A stretch of DNA of 60,577 bases, counting the filler, from Circinaria calcarea (Eukaryota): NCBI GenBank assembly GCA_051942165.1. It is 13 parts of 13 records of this genome, joined end to end, with 100 filler letters (N's around TTAATTAATTAA, not from the genome) between each part and the next. Parts side by side here need not be neighbours in the genome. Positions count along the whole stretch, not along the records: positions 9,365 to 13,938 come from JAVECS010002266.1; positions 14,039 to 18,612 come from JAVECS010002267.1; positions 18,713 to 23,281 come from JAVECS010002268.1; 10 more parts are not named here. One strand, 5' to 3'. The first letter of the stretch is position 1. Each line of letters starts with the position of its first letter. This document shows, in pieces, positions 11,993 through 22,552 of the stretch. The translations under genes were made by a program, and so were the position numbers. The notes beneath the pieces were generated by a model. The model saw nothing but the letters and a program-made list of their open reading frames with translations, did no database searches and had not been told where the DNA came from.

Positions 11993-12754
11993 ATGCTATC
12001 ATTTTTTGAATTAAAAAATAATTTAACTGATTACGATACGCCTGAAGCATGAGGTATATATTTTCAAGATAATGCTACACCTCAAATGGAAGGACTAGAA
12101 GAATTACATAATAACATTATGTTTTATCTAGCCATTATTTTGTTTTCAGTAAGTTGAATATTAGTTTCTATAATGTCAAATTATTCTAAATCATATCTCT
12201 CAAATAAATACATAAATCATGGAACTTTAGTTGAATTAATCTGAACAATTACTCCAGCATTAAGCTTAATCTTAATAGCTTTTCCTTCATTTAAATTACT
12301 TTATTTAATGGATGAAGTAATAGATCCTTCATTAGTAATTTACGGTGAAGGTCATCAATGGTATTGAAACTATCAATACCCTGATTTTACAAATAATGAC
12401 GAAGAGTCTCTTGAATATGATTCATATATAGTACCTGAAAGTGATTTGGAAAAAGGACAATTAAGATTGTTAGAGGTAGATAATAGGGTAACAATTCCAG
12501 AGTTAACTCACACACGGTTTGTAGTAGCAGGAGCTGATGTTATACACTCTTATGCGTGTCCATCTTTAGGTATAAAATGTGATGCATACCCTGGTAGACT
12601 AAACCAGTCATCAGTTTATTTAAATAGAGAAGGTACTTATTATGGCCAATGTTCAGAAATTTGCGGGATATTGCACAGTTCCATGCCAATATCCATTCAA
12701 AGTCTTAGCCTGAGGAAGTTTCTATATTGACTATATGATCAACTGGGAGCCTAA
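11993..12754 (+). CDS. cox2: Mitochondrial cytochrome c oxidase subunit 2 (code 4; alternative in-frame ATG at 11942)
   Basis: [46 protein letters not shown] and CuA motif [18 protein letters not shown] 12752-12754. Confidence 0.96.
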
Positions 12755-13238
12755 TCTAATTAACTTTATGAATAGTAATCGTCCTTCAAATTATGACATT
12801 CCCATAGATCCTGCATCATTAGAAACATCTTATTCAAATACAGTACCAGGACCAGCCCCTAAAATAGTTGAAGTAGCTTATAGAGAAAAAGTTGTAGTAG
12901 AAAAAGGTCGTGTATACAAGTATAAGGATATTTATGACCTTAATCAACCATCTGGAGAGAATATTTCCAGGGTTTGACCTAATTGTGAGAGAGTTGAAGC
13001 GAAACATGTTAGAGCTGGAAGGGAGTATAGTTGTTTACGAGTTCCTCAATACGTTTGAAATGCACATGGAGGTAGTCAGGGTATTAGAGAAGTAGAGACT
13101 GATGAAGGACGTGGTATTTGAATAGCTGGAGCTCAAGCAAACCCTTCAGATATAATAGTTAACTCTAACGGCAGAGCGCTACAACAGAAAACTAATCCTA
13201 GTTGACTTAAACATTTATTTTTTATTCATGAAAAATAG
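12735..13238 (+). CDS. Mitochondrial orphan ORF (167 aa in code 4) overlapping the cox2 3' end
   Basis: Open from ATG 12735 (or 12768) to TAG 13236-13238 when four in-frame TGAs are read as Trp; no family recognised. Confidence 0.55.
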
Positions 13239-13337
13239 TCTATTGAGCTTGGGGCTTGTTTAACGGCTTTTTCGCATTTTTATAATATAATATTTTTGTA
13301 ATCTAAAGATAAACTATAAAAAAATTATTTAATTGTA

Positions 13338-13938
13338 TTGCTTAAGAACAAAAACAACATTTCACACGAATTACTCCTGGATACATGTAATCAAAGCCCA
13401 TTAGATCAATTTACCATAAGAAATTTATTTACGATTGAAGGAGATTTATTACCTAACATACAAATTTCCTTAACTAATATAGGCTTGTATTTACTAATAG
13501 CAACATTTATTATATTTATCTTCTATATATTATCTAGAAATTACAATATATCTACAGCCAACCATTGATCTCTTTATCAAGAATCTATCTATTCTACTGT
13601 ATACAGTATAGTAGTTAATCAAATAAATGCGAGTAAAGGTCAAATGTTCTTTCCTCTAATCTCAGCTTTATTTATATATATATTAATAAATAATTTAGTA
13701 GGTATGGTACCTTATAGTTTTGCTCCTACTTCTCATTTCATATTAACATTTTCAATAAGTTTTACTATAGTAATTGGAGCAACTATACTAGGTTTCCAAA
13801 TTCATGCATTAAAATTTTTTTCATTATTAGTTCCCTCAGGTTGTCCTTTAGGCTTATTAGCTTTATTGGCGTTAATTGAATTTATATCCTATTTATCTAG
13901 AGCTATATCATTAGGATTAAGATTAGCTGCAAATATAT
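13338..13938 (+). CDS. atp6: Mitochondrial ATP synthase subunit a (3'-truncated, non-ATG start)
   Basis: SPLDQF, NNLVGMVPYSFAPTSH, VPSGCPLGLL, IEFISYLSRAISLGLRLAANI. Confidence 0.95.
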
Positions 13939-14370
13939 NNNNNNNNNNNNNNNNNNNNNNNNNNNNNNNNNNNNNNNNNNNNTTAATTAATTAANNNNNN
14001 NNNNNNNNNNNNNNNNNNNNNNNNNNNNNNNNNNNNNNATCTATGCACTTTCACTATTACGTTCGTAGACTAGTGAGGGGGGGTCAAGTATTGATATTTG
14101 GGCATAGGCATATTAATAAGGAATCGCCACCTGCCGATTTTCGTAGAAAATGGAGGCCCCCGGGAGGGTTCTGATAGGGGTTCAGCCCGTATGCAGAAGG
14201 GATTCCTTACTAAATGGCCAAAGAGTTGACTGTGCCCAAATGATGCGGTGTATGACGTGGTGTAGTGAGGCTGTTGTAGGTGTTGACCTAGTAGGAGGCT
14301 GCAGAGGCGCTCCGTGTGGGGTGGGTAGTAGCGACGATCTGTTCAGATGTCGGGGTGGGGTTACTGCCTG

Positions 14371-15423
14371 CTATGGGGCGGCTGTATTGAGGCTATTAGG
14401 AGGTGCTCGACCTACTGAGAGAGCGATTGCAGGTGCCCTGCCTGTTTGGAAGCGCTTGTTGAGCGCGTAGAGCGTAGGGGTTGATGATTGGAAGTAAAGC
14501 TGGAAGGCGTTTGACGACCAACGCCCTAGCGTTTTTATTTGTTCGTCGAGCATGCCGTTATCGGACGCATGCTGAGCGGCGCCTTTGCGGAAGCTATGGC
14601 CTGAATAACCTGTGGTAGGTATGCCGGCTGCTAGCAGTTGGCGATGTAGGAAATCTATTACGGATTTCCGCGTGAAGGGCGCCCCTTGTAGGCCGAATAG
14701 CGGGGCGTGAGGGGCTTGAGGGTCTTCATCGAATAACCGGCGCAATGCTCGAACCGGGCATGTAAGGCCGTCAGTGGCAGCGAGTATGATTTCGACGCCG
14801 GTGTGGTTGACATCCGTCTTACTTCGTTTCAGGCGGAGGACCACATGCTCGTCATTTTCGGAAAAGGTAATATCAGAGCGAGTTAGGCCTGTTTGGTGGA
14901 ATATTCGACTATGCCGGTCTTGCAATGTGTGAGTGAACTCGCCTACGCGCAAGAACCCGGCCCAAGCCACTTTGCAGGCCGTATTGTAGTTGAGGTCGTC
15001 AACGGAACGAGAGGGGTTCGCAGTCACTTTACTAAGAATCTCTTTAGTAATAGGCAGTCGTTGCCGTTTACTGCCCGGAAATAAGCGATGACCTCCTTTC
15101 ACGATTCGTTGAATCCAAGGGCTGTCAAACACTTCGGCGGGCATGCGCTGATCGACGTGGTAGGAACGGAGTGCCGAAAGGTAAACCTCTGCAGTTTTAG
15201 GCTTGATTTGGCCCTGTTTTGGCGATATCGACCCGAATAACCTGCCCGTAATCCATTCGCCGAGAGTGTATTCCTGTGCTGGCCACGGTACCTGAATGCC
15301 GATCAGAGCGCAGTATGTTTCGTATGACCGAATCGCTGCGTTATACCCCTTCCGTGTCTCTGGGGTAAGACCTGCCCATAGCAGTGTTGCGCAAGGATTC
15401 GATATGCGGCCCACCTGTTTCAT
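14371..15423 (-). CDS. Tyrosine recombinase (frame is open from 15474; first ATG at 15423)
   Basis: GFLRVGE (catalytic R), SKTD (K), HSFRKGAA (HxxR), GRWSSNAFQLY (W and nucleophilic Y). Confidence 0.95.
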   Translation of the reverse strand: MKQVGRISNPCATLLWAGLTPETRKGYNAAIRSYETYCALIGIQVPWPAQEYTLGEWITGRLFGSISPKQGQIKPKTAEVYLSALRSYHVDQRMPAEVFDSPWIQRIVKGGHRLFPGSKRQRLPITKEILSKVTANPSRSVDDLNYNTACKVAWAGFLRVGEFTHTLQDRHSRIFHQTGLTRSDITFSENDEHVVLRLKRSKTDVNHTGVEIILAATDGLTCPVRALRRLFDEDPQAPHAPLFGLQGAPFTRKSVIDFLHRQLLAAGIPTTGYSGHSFRKGAAQHASDNGMLDEQIKTLGRWSSNAFQLYFQSSTPTLYALNKRFQTGRAPAIALSVGRAPPNSLNTAAP

Positions 15424-17156
15424 AAAGGCAGGCGTAGGAGCATTGAATCCAAGGGGTTCTGCCAGTGTGGGCAATAGTTAGCAATGTCAACAGGGTTCAG
15501 CCTGGAAAGTGCGTCCGCTAGGCCATTCCGTTCGGATTCGATCCATACTGGTTCGATTAGGATGTCCTCCGCGGCGCATAGCAGGAATATAGCACGTAAA
15601 GGAGCATTTGCCTCGCCTTTCAAAGTGTGTTTCCGAATGCCTGCATGGGCGGTGGTGCTATCAGTATGGATTATGACCTTTTTCTTGGCCCAGGTGACGC
15701 CCCAGTTCTGGAAGGCGAGCAGAATGGCCTGAACTTCGTGTATATTGATGTGTACACGTTCCGTATCGCTGATCGCGGCGGCGAAAGCATGCTTCTGATC
15801 AATAAGGGGGGCGGCTTCACTCCAGCAGGCGAGGCTGCCTTGGAAATAGAAGCCCCCTAGCCCCTTTAGCGAAGCGTCGGTGTACAGTTGAATACTTTCG
15901 CGATCTTCTTCGAAGTAAAGGACTCCGTTATGTGTTGGGAGTAAGCTATTCCACCAGTGTAAATCCTCCATTACCCCTGGCGGAATCTTCCTGCGTAGGC
16001 AGGGCATGCAATGCAGTGGGTAGGACGCCACGAAGTCCCATAACCGGCGCATGAATACTCGGCCCAGGCGGACTGCCTGTGAGCAAAAGGAAAGGAACCC
16101 GGTAAGCGACTGAGCGTCGTGTAATGACAGTGACCGCCGTGCGAGGGCTTCCATAGTAGCCGTAATAGCTTGGTCTAGCTTTGCCTTCGGCAGGCGGGCC
16201 TCGAACGTATTGGTATCGATTTCGATGCCCAGAACAGTGCATATGGTGTTCGTGCAATCTTTCGCTTCATTGCGTGGAATGCCTAAGCAATCGGTGAGAG
16301 CGTTGTAATCTTTATGATTAATGGCGAGTTGTTCAGGGGTAGCCGCGAGTGCTTCCAGCACGGAAATGAAATCGTCCAAATAGTGTAGTAGGCGCACCCA
16401 TTGCAAATATGTTTCGATCATCCAATGGAATGCCTCCGCGAATAGGTTGAACAGGAACGGGGCTGTTGATAGGCCGAAAGGAAGGCATGTTTCTTTATAG
16501 AATTGGCCGTTCCAGTTAAAACCCAGTAGCCATTGCTGATGTGGCGCCACGGGTATGTTTCGGAATGCATCCTTAATATCCTTTTTCATGATTACGGCAT
16601 GCCGTCCGGCATGCCGAACCCGTGTGAGGACATCCTGAAAAGTGGTATATCGAAGGTATGCTGACTTCTTATCGATGAAGTCGTTCACGGAGGCCCCCCG
16701 AGGGTGCGAGAGATGATGTATCCGTCGATAGCCACCATCATGCTTCGGCACCAGGCCGAGGGGCGAAGAAATGAACGGAGGCTCAGCCGAAGTTCGTATA
16801 ACCCGACGGTTGCATAGATCTTCGGAAAGCTTCTTTTGAATAGTATCCGTGTCGAGCAGTGCTGACTGCAAGTTTGCTGACAGGATATGGGCTTCCGGCC
16901 CTGTATAGCCGATTCGTGTGCCGAACCGAAGGATTCGCAGCAGAAAGAATGGCAGAGGGCCGGGGTATGAGCGGAGCAGTGCCGCCCAGCCTTCCATATC
17001 GAATGGAGAAGGAGAATGTTCCAGCGGAGGGTAGTTGCTGTCTACCAATTGGAATTGCGGGGCGGTGTTAGGCCTCGAAGGGGCAGGAAGGCACGTGTGA
17101 GAAAGGAGGAATTGGGTCAATATGCTTCTAGTATTGATAGCAGTTATGGAGCCCAC
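15420..17156 (-). CDS. DIRS-type reverse transcriptase + RNase H
   Basis: SPLGLVPKHDGGYRRIHHLSHP, KDIKDAFR, LPFGLSTAPFLF, YLDDF, LGIEID; RNase H motifs YTDAS, INIHE, TDSTT and NGLADALSR. Confidence 0.95.
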   Translation of the reverse strand: MGSITAINTRSILTQFLLSHTCLPAPSRPNTAPQFQLVDSNYPPLEHSPSPFDMEGWAALLRSYPGPLPFFLLRILRFGTRIGYTGPEAHILSANLQSALLDTDTIQKKLSEDLCNRRVIRTSAEPPFISSPLGLVPKHDGGYRRIHHLSHPRGASVNDFIDKKSAYLRYTTFQDVLTRVRHAGRHAVIMKKDIKDAFRNIPVAPHQQWLLGFNWNGQFYKETCLPFGLSTAPFLFNLFAEAFHWMIETYLQWVRLLHYLDDFISVLEALAATPEQLAINHKDYNALTDCLGIPRNEAKDCTNTICTVLGIEIDTNTFEARLPKAKLDQAITATMEALARRSLSLHDAQSLTGFLSFCSQAVRLGRVFMRRLWDFVASYPLHCMPCLRRKIPPGVMEDLHWWNSLLPTHNGVLYFEEDRESIQLYTDASLKGLGGFYFQGSLACWSEAAPLIDQKHAFAAAISDTERVHINIHEVQAILLAFQNWGVTWAKKKVIIHTDSTTAHAGIRKHTLKGEANAPLRAIFLLCAAEDILIEPVWIESERNGLADALSRLNPVDIANYCPHWQNPLDSMLLRLPL

Positions 17157-17180
17157 TAACCTGCTTCCTGCCGAGCTGTG

Positions 17181-18044
17181 CTATTCCATTTTGCACCCGG
17201 GTTCGCCATGGCCCTTTGACCCGCAAGTGGAGCACTCGTGCCGTCTTTTACAGCTGCTGAACCGGCACCCTTTACCGTTGAAACCGCGGCATACCACCGA
17301 GGAATCGTTGGCCTCGCGGAGCCTTGCCGGGGTAGTGGCAGAACCTGACGCGGTGGCTGATGCTGCCCGAACTGCCATATTGGACGTGCAGAATCGATCC
17401 ACCCATTGCCGAGGGATCGACCATGCGTCCACATCGATATGGTTAACTGAAACGATTTCGGTATGGTATTCAATCGCTAGCGGGAGCACAGCGTTTTGCC
17501 AATCGTAGGTAATGCTGAGCTCTATGATTTGTTGATGATAGGCGAGCAATTTTTGATGCAGTAGGGGGACTGTAATGCCGAATAGATCGACCATTATGCT
17601 GGTGTAGTTGATGAACCCCTGAGACCAGATGGCGGGGGTATTGCCAAAGTCCTTCAGCGTCCCTTTAATTCGTTTGAATTGCAGGTCGCCGCTGGGTCCA
17701 ATTGTGAATCGGGTGGTCCTATCGATGTCGTCGCGGCCATAAAGAAGACGGAGCTTGTATAGGTTCTCTGGAATGAACTTTCCTCTGAAAATCGCAGCGA
17801 TTTCTTTGCGTGGAAGGCCCGGGTAGGCGGTGGCGACCCTTCGTGCTTCCAGGGGGAGCTCACCTATAGTGTCGTCGTCCTCCTCAATAGTGACCGAACT
17901 TGCCGGCGTGAGTAAACCTTTCGACAAGGCAGCGATTCGGGCTTCGCTTTCTTTCGCAGCCAATTCCTTTGCCTGAATGGCAGTCGCGATTGTTAGGTCG
18001 AATAACTGTTGCTGCTGTTCGGGGGTAAACGTGATTTCCGGCAT
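17181..18044 (-). CDS. Gag-like ORF1 with a C-terminal Cys/His zinc-finger cluster
   Basis: 287 aa ending CRGFNGKGCRFSSCKRRHECSTCGSKGHGEPGC, upstream of the RT ORF. Confidence 0.85.
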   Translation of the reverse strand: MPEITFTPEQQQQLFDLTIATAIQAKELAAKESEARIAALSKGLLTPASSVTIEEDDDTIGELPLEARRVATAYPGLPRKEIAAIFRGKFIPENLYKLRLLYGRDDIDRTTRFTIGPSGDLQFKRIKGTLKDFGNTPAIWSQGFINYTSIMVDLFGITVPLLHQKLLAYHQQIIELSITYDWQNAVLPLAIEYHTEIVSVNHIDVDAWSIPRQWVDRFCTSNMAVRAASATASGSATTPARLREANDSSVVCRGFNGKGCRFSSCKRRHECSTCGSKGHGEPGCKME

Positions 18045-18712
18045 CGTGAGTATGGAAACGAATTAGGATCAGATAGAAGGTAATTGATTGAATTATTCTT
18101 AGATATATGCCCAAAGTAATGCAGCTTGGCGGCGGCGAGCATATGCGAAGAATAATAGCAATGCAGAAAGCAGAAAGAATTGAGGGCCTCCGTCTGCTAT
18201 TCAATCTTCTTACCCCGCTTTGGCGAAGCGGGGGGGTGAGTGTGCCGCTTCCGTTTGCATAGGACCATTCCATATATATGGATGTTACACGATTTAATCC
18301 AATCCAGACGGTTGTCAGTAAAGAAGAACAAAAGTAAAAACCAAAAAACTCAAGCGCCGATCAATCGATGCGGAAAGATTCTGTGTGTGTCAATTAAGTG
18401 TTCGTACATGTTAAAGCTAAGTTTCTAAGTTTCTAAGATTCTAAGCTTTAAGTTCTAAGCCCTATATCGTGATGGGAGTCGATCCCTCTATGAGGAAACC
18501 CCCTGATTTCTCCATGTCTGACGCCGAAAAGTTCGTGCGCCCGAGTCCCACTGCGGAACCAGACTCGGCCATAAACGCCTAGAACCCAGCCTTGGAGATC
18601 CCAACCCCCCTCNNNNNNNNNNNNNNNNNNNNNNNNNNNNNNNNNNNNNNNNNNNNTTAATTAATTAANNNNNNNNNNNNNNNNNNNNNNNNNNNNNNNN
18701 NNNNNNNNNNNN

Positions 18713-19111
18713 ACTCCGCCCACTTGTCCACGGTTTCTCAATTCAATCTGTCGTCAAAAGTGTTCGAAGTATCATATCCATGCCGCTGCTTGGCGGGAAA
18801 AACTCCACAGCGCGAACGGGCTACGGCAAAAGCTACAATGACGCGGCAAATGAGAACTCTTCCTCGCAAGTTGGTTTGAAGAATGAAATCTTCACTAAAA
18901 GGTGAGGTAGCTCCATTCGAAAGAAGTTAAAGGGGGATTTCTTCTGTTGAAGATCATTGCTGATCCAACTGGCAGTCGAGCGAGCGACACCGTAATCAAT
19001 ATCGAAGGCGTACCACTGAGTACTTCGAAAGCAGCAACGATAGCACCTTCGAAAGGGATCCTAGTGGAAAAGGATTTCGACACACGCTCGGATAGGAATC
19101 TTGATGTTTGA
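18713..19111 (+). CDS. 3' end of a probable PTH11-like integral membrane protein (cytoplasmic tail; intron about 18902-18974)
   Basis: LRPLVHGFSIQSVVKSVRSIISM... and spliced tail ...KGILVEKDFDTRSDRNLDV*, resembling PTH11/rhodopsin-domain C-termini. Confidence 0.5.
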
Positions 19112-19448
19112 TATCCCTATACGAGGTGACGAAATGGGATCAGTAATCCGCGGCTCAGGCACAGTAAATTAGGGGTCGTAGTACATATGAACCGATATAA
19201 GTTTGCTATCTATACTTTGCCAGGTAGAGAGAAAACCTGCTGGGCGACACAACACACAATTCAGTACATATTAGGAACTAAGTATATAGGAGATCTCAAA
19301 TATATATTCTTCTGCTTTTCAATCTCTCACGGAATTAAAGCACAGAGGATGCCAGAATTATAAATATCTCGAATCTATACTTGCGAAAGACAGGGTGGTG
19401 GTGCGCATGCTGATTCGGGGTATAGCGCTAATTTTGGGAGGGGGGTAT

Positions 19449-19766
19449 TGTTGAGCATGCAGTAATGTGTGGTGGCATTCATGCTATCTGAGTATGTAAC
19501 TGTCTAAGCTATCTACGTAGAGAAAAGTGCTTTTATGATGTGTGTAGGAAGTGTTGAGCATGGTGTTGGAAGTCATAGGGCTTACCGAGCATGTGTTGCT
19601 TAGGAGGTCCATGCTTAACACTTCCACACACCATAAAAGCACTTTTTCGTAGTATAGGTAGTTACTTAGTTACATACTCAGGTAGTAATGCCACCATACA
19701 TTCTACTGCCCAACACATGGACCTCCTATGCAACACATGCTTCTGTAAGCCCTATGACTTCTAACA
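19449..19766 (-). mobile_element. Older solo LTR of the same family in opposite orientation, split by the inner LTR
   Basis: 19449-19563 plus 19716-19766 rejoin into a diverged reverse complement of the inner LTR (TGTTGA...CTAACA). Confidence 0.8.
19564..19715 (+). mobile_element. Solo LTR (152 bp, TGTTGG...CCAACA) with 5-bp TSD CATGG
   Basis: Perfect 6-bp terminal inverted repeat; CATGG at 19559-19563 and 19716-19720. Confidence 0.85.
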
Positions 19767-20580
19767 AATTTATGGTTACCGCCGTACTGGTGAGCCAGTG
19801 AGCTGTGGCGAAGGGACCCCTTGGCTTCGGTGGTCGCAGTTCTATTCACAACCCTCATTTGCTTCTTGCTCTCACAGACGGCATCAATAAGTAAGAATTT
19901 CCGAGGGTGTTTGAAGACGGATAAATCGGCCAACACGCAGTTATTTTTTGTAATCACGAATACGTATGGCTTTCGAATGAAAAGGAGCCTAGGGGCATTT
20001 ATATAGGCCCGAATGAACAAGTCAGCGGGCCGTCAACAGACAAGAATAAACCAAGCGTCTTTGCTGACAGCTAACGACGTTGACTTTCGCTTGAGGATGC
20101 GCAGGATGACCGGTTGCGTGTGCTAACACATGCTGCATGCAGACGCATAGAACAGCTGAGTTACTCTTAGTAATAGAACGTGGTGCAGAGCGAAAGCAAT
20201 GCCTCGCCGATACAGTTTATTACAATACACCTCGCACTTAGCGGTTCTGGAATGTAAGCGACCATCAGAATTGTGGGGGCTCCCACTTTGTATCCCGTCT
20301 CAGATATGCCCGAGTGCGGCGAAGCTGAGGCTTGGATGTTTGTTTGATTCCTTGCGCTCCAAGGGAATCCAGATTATATGGGCATGGCTAAGATTTCCAA
20401 GTTTGATTTCGTGTGATTAATAAGCTATGACCTTGACCGAAACATCTGCGAGTTCTTGCATCTTTAACAGGAAAAAGGACTGCCTTCTTTCCGTTTGCTT
20501 TAGAACTGGAGATTATAACTTCGATCAAGTGTGACAAAAAAGTCACATGCAGTCTCTTGCCTTCCCTGCATGCCAGCAAA

Positions 20581-22552
20581 ATGTTTGCACCCTCTTTGAT
20601 TTATTATCTACTATATATTGGCACCACCTTCTCCGCTTCCTATTTTCCTCACCAACTTGACATGCGGAAGCAGGGCATGATGCAGGCCAAGATCGAAGCC
20701 TTTGTTAATTCACTCAACCTACCCTCGTCCCAAGGCCAACTTCTAACGAGCAAGCTTGAGGATAACTCGAACCTTGCAGCCTTTCTCAACGGCAAAGACT
20801 CCGACGCATCCGGCCTGGTTTCGCTTGCATGTCAGTCAGCACGACTATGTTCTGGACCTGATTCCGTGGACACAGTACCTCTGAACCAGACCACGGTCGA
20901 CGCCAATTGGTCGGTAGTCTTGAGCGCCGCAAACCACCGAAAGCTAATCATGATGGTGAAGGTCCCAAGCATGCTGGTTTTCTCCATCATGCGTGGTATT
21001 CCCAGAGTCGGCACAGGATGTATCCAAGTCACTGAAGATTGTCAGCTTTTTCCAAACGAAATTTGCCGTCCGCAGTGGCGGCCATTCCCCAAATCCAGGT
21101 TGGTCCAGTATGGAAAAGCCTGGTGTTCTCATCGATCTGAGAAAGCTTAACAAAGTTGCTATCAGTGCCGACAGGAAGCTTGCAAGCTTGGGACCGGGTG
21201 GACGATGGGGTGACGTCTTTACGGCCTTGGACCCATATGACGTGAGCGTTCTTGGGGGTCGGATTCCACATGTTGGGGTTGCGGGAGTCATCCTCGGAGG
21301 TTGGAGCTTCCTTGAGAATTTATCCCATAGGGTGCTGATGAGAATCCCTTTTAAGGGGGGCTCTTCCATTTCTCAGGCGAGTACGGTCTTGCTGCGGATA
21401 ATGTCAAGAACTTTGAAGTATTACCATCCAAACGACCGGATCTTCTACTTGCTCACTCTTGTGGCAGATTGCGCTAGCAGATGGAACCATTACGGATGCG
21501 AATGCACGACAGAATAGTGATCTGTTTTGGGCTCTGAAAGGTGGAGGATCTAATTTCGGTAAGTTCTCCATTCCGTTCAGATATCATGAGCGTTCAATCC
21601 TAATCTAGTACAGGGATCGTCACCCAATTCGACCTCTACACCATTCCGGTGAAGAACATCTGGTATCAGGTAGAGATATACACGACCGATCAAGTTCCCG
21701 CGCTTCTGGATGCCTTTGCCCAGTGGCAAGAAAACGGTGCTTTGGACGTCAAGTCAACCGTTGCTCTTATCGTAGGACTTCAGAGTACTACATTAGGATT
21801 GATATACTCGGCCCCTGCCATGAAACCAGCAGCCTTTGCTCCGTTCTACGATATCCCCGCTGCGGTGGTTGCCGTGCCCCCAACAAACGGTACGGTGTTG
21901 AGTTTGACACAGATTTTAGGTACCACATTCACGAATGATCTCATGCGGTAAGACATTCACAAACGGTTTACCTGGCCTGTCCAGTGAGTCTAGTGGCTGA
22001 CATTTTCAAAGACATGATTATCGAGGCGCGAGTTCTAAGATTGATGCGCAGCTGTATAAAGATGTTTATGCATTCTGGCGAGAACAGGCGGCTGCAGTTT
22101 ACAGCGCTACTGGAGCTAATATGACCTTCACCCTCCAGCCTATCCCGGTCAACCTTGTCGATCAGGGTATCGCGAAGGGTGGAAACCCACTTGGACTCCC
22201 TAAAGTGAATCACCAATGTGAGCTTGCCCGACGGGTGACAGACCTAGTTTCCAGGTTACAGCAGCTAATATTCGCAGGGTGGACGACTCTCGTGGACTGG
22301 CAGAATGCCAATGACGATGCGGCGGTAAGGGCAGCTCCCATCGCAACCAGCGAGAAGTGGAAGGAGCTGGGAGAAAAGCGTGGCTCGTATGTTTCATTCT
22401 TATTCATGAATGATGCATCACGAGACCAAAACCCTCTTGCTGCATATGGCTCGACCAATGTCGAGAAGTTGAAGGCCGTGTCTCGGAAGTACGACCCGTC
22501 TCAAGTCTTCCAGACCTTGCAGAACGATGGGTTTCTGCTTTCGAAACTGTAA
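20581..22552 (+). CDS. Secreted FAD-binding oxidoreductase (VAO/berberine-bridge-enzyme family), multi-exon
   Basis: Signal peptide; [47 protein letters not shown]-terminal FMNDA...[30 protein letters not shown]. Confidence 0.9.

Larger units (their letters stand above)
14039..18612 (-). mobile_element. Tyrosine-recombinase retrotransposon (DIRS/Ngaro-type) with an apparently intact coding region
   Basis: Order gag-like, RT/RNase H, tyrosine recombinase; no DDE integrase or protease; all three ORFs are uninterrupted. Termini are not resolved because the contig ends. Confidence 0.93.

Noticed and set aside
14371..17156. Retron/prophage-like novel RT-integrase system
   Set aside because: The gag, RT/RNase H, YR order is the known DIRS/Ngaro architecture.
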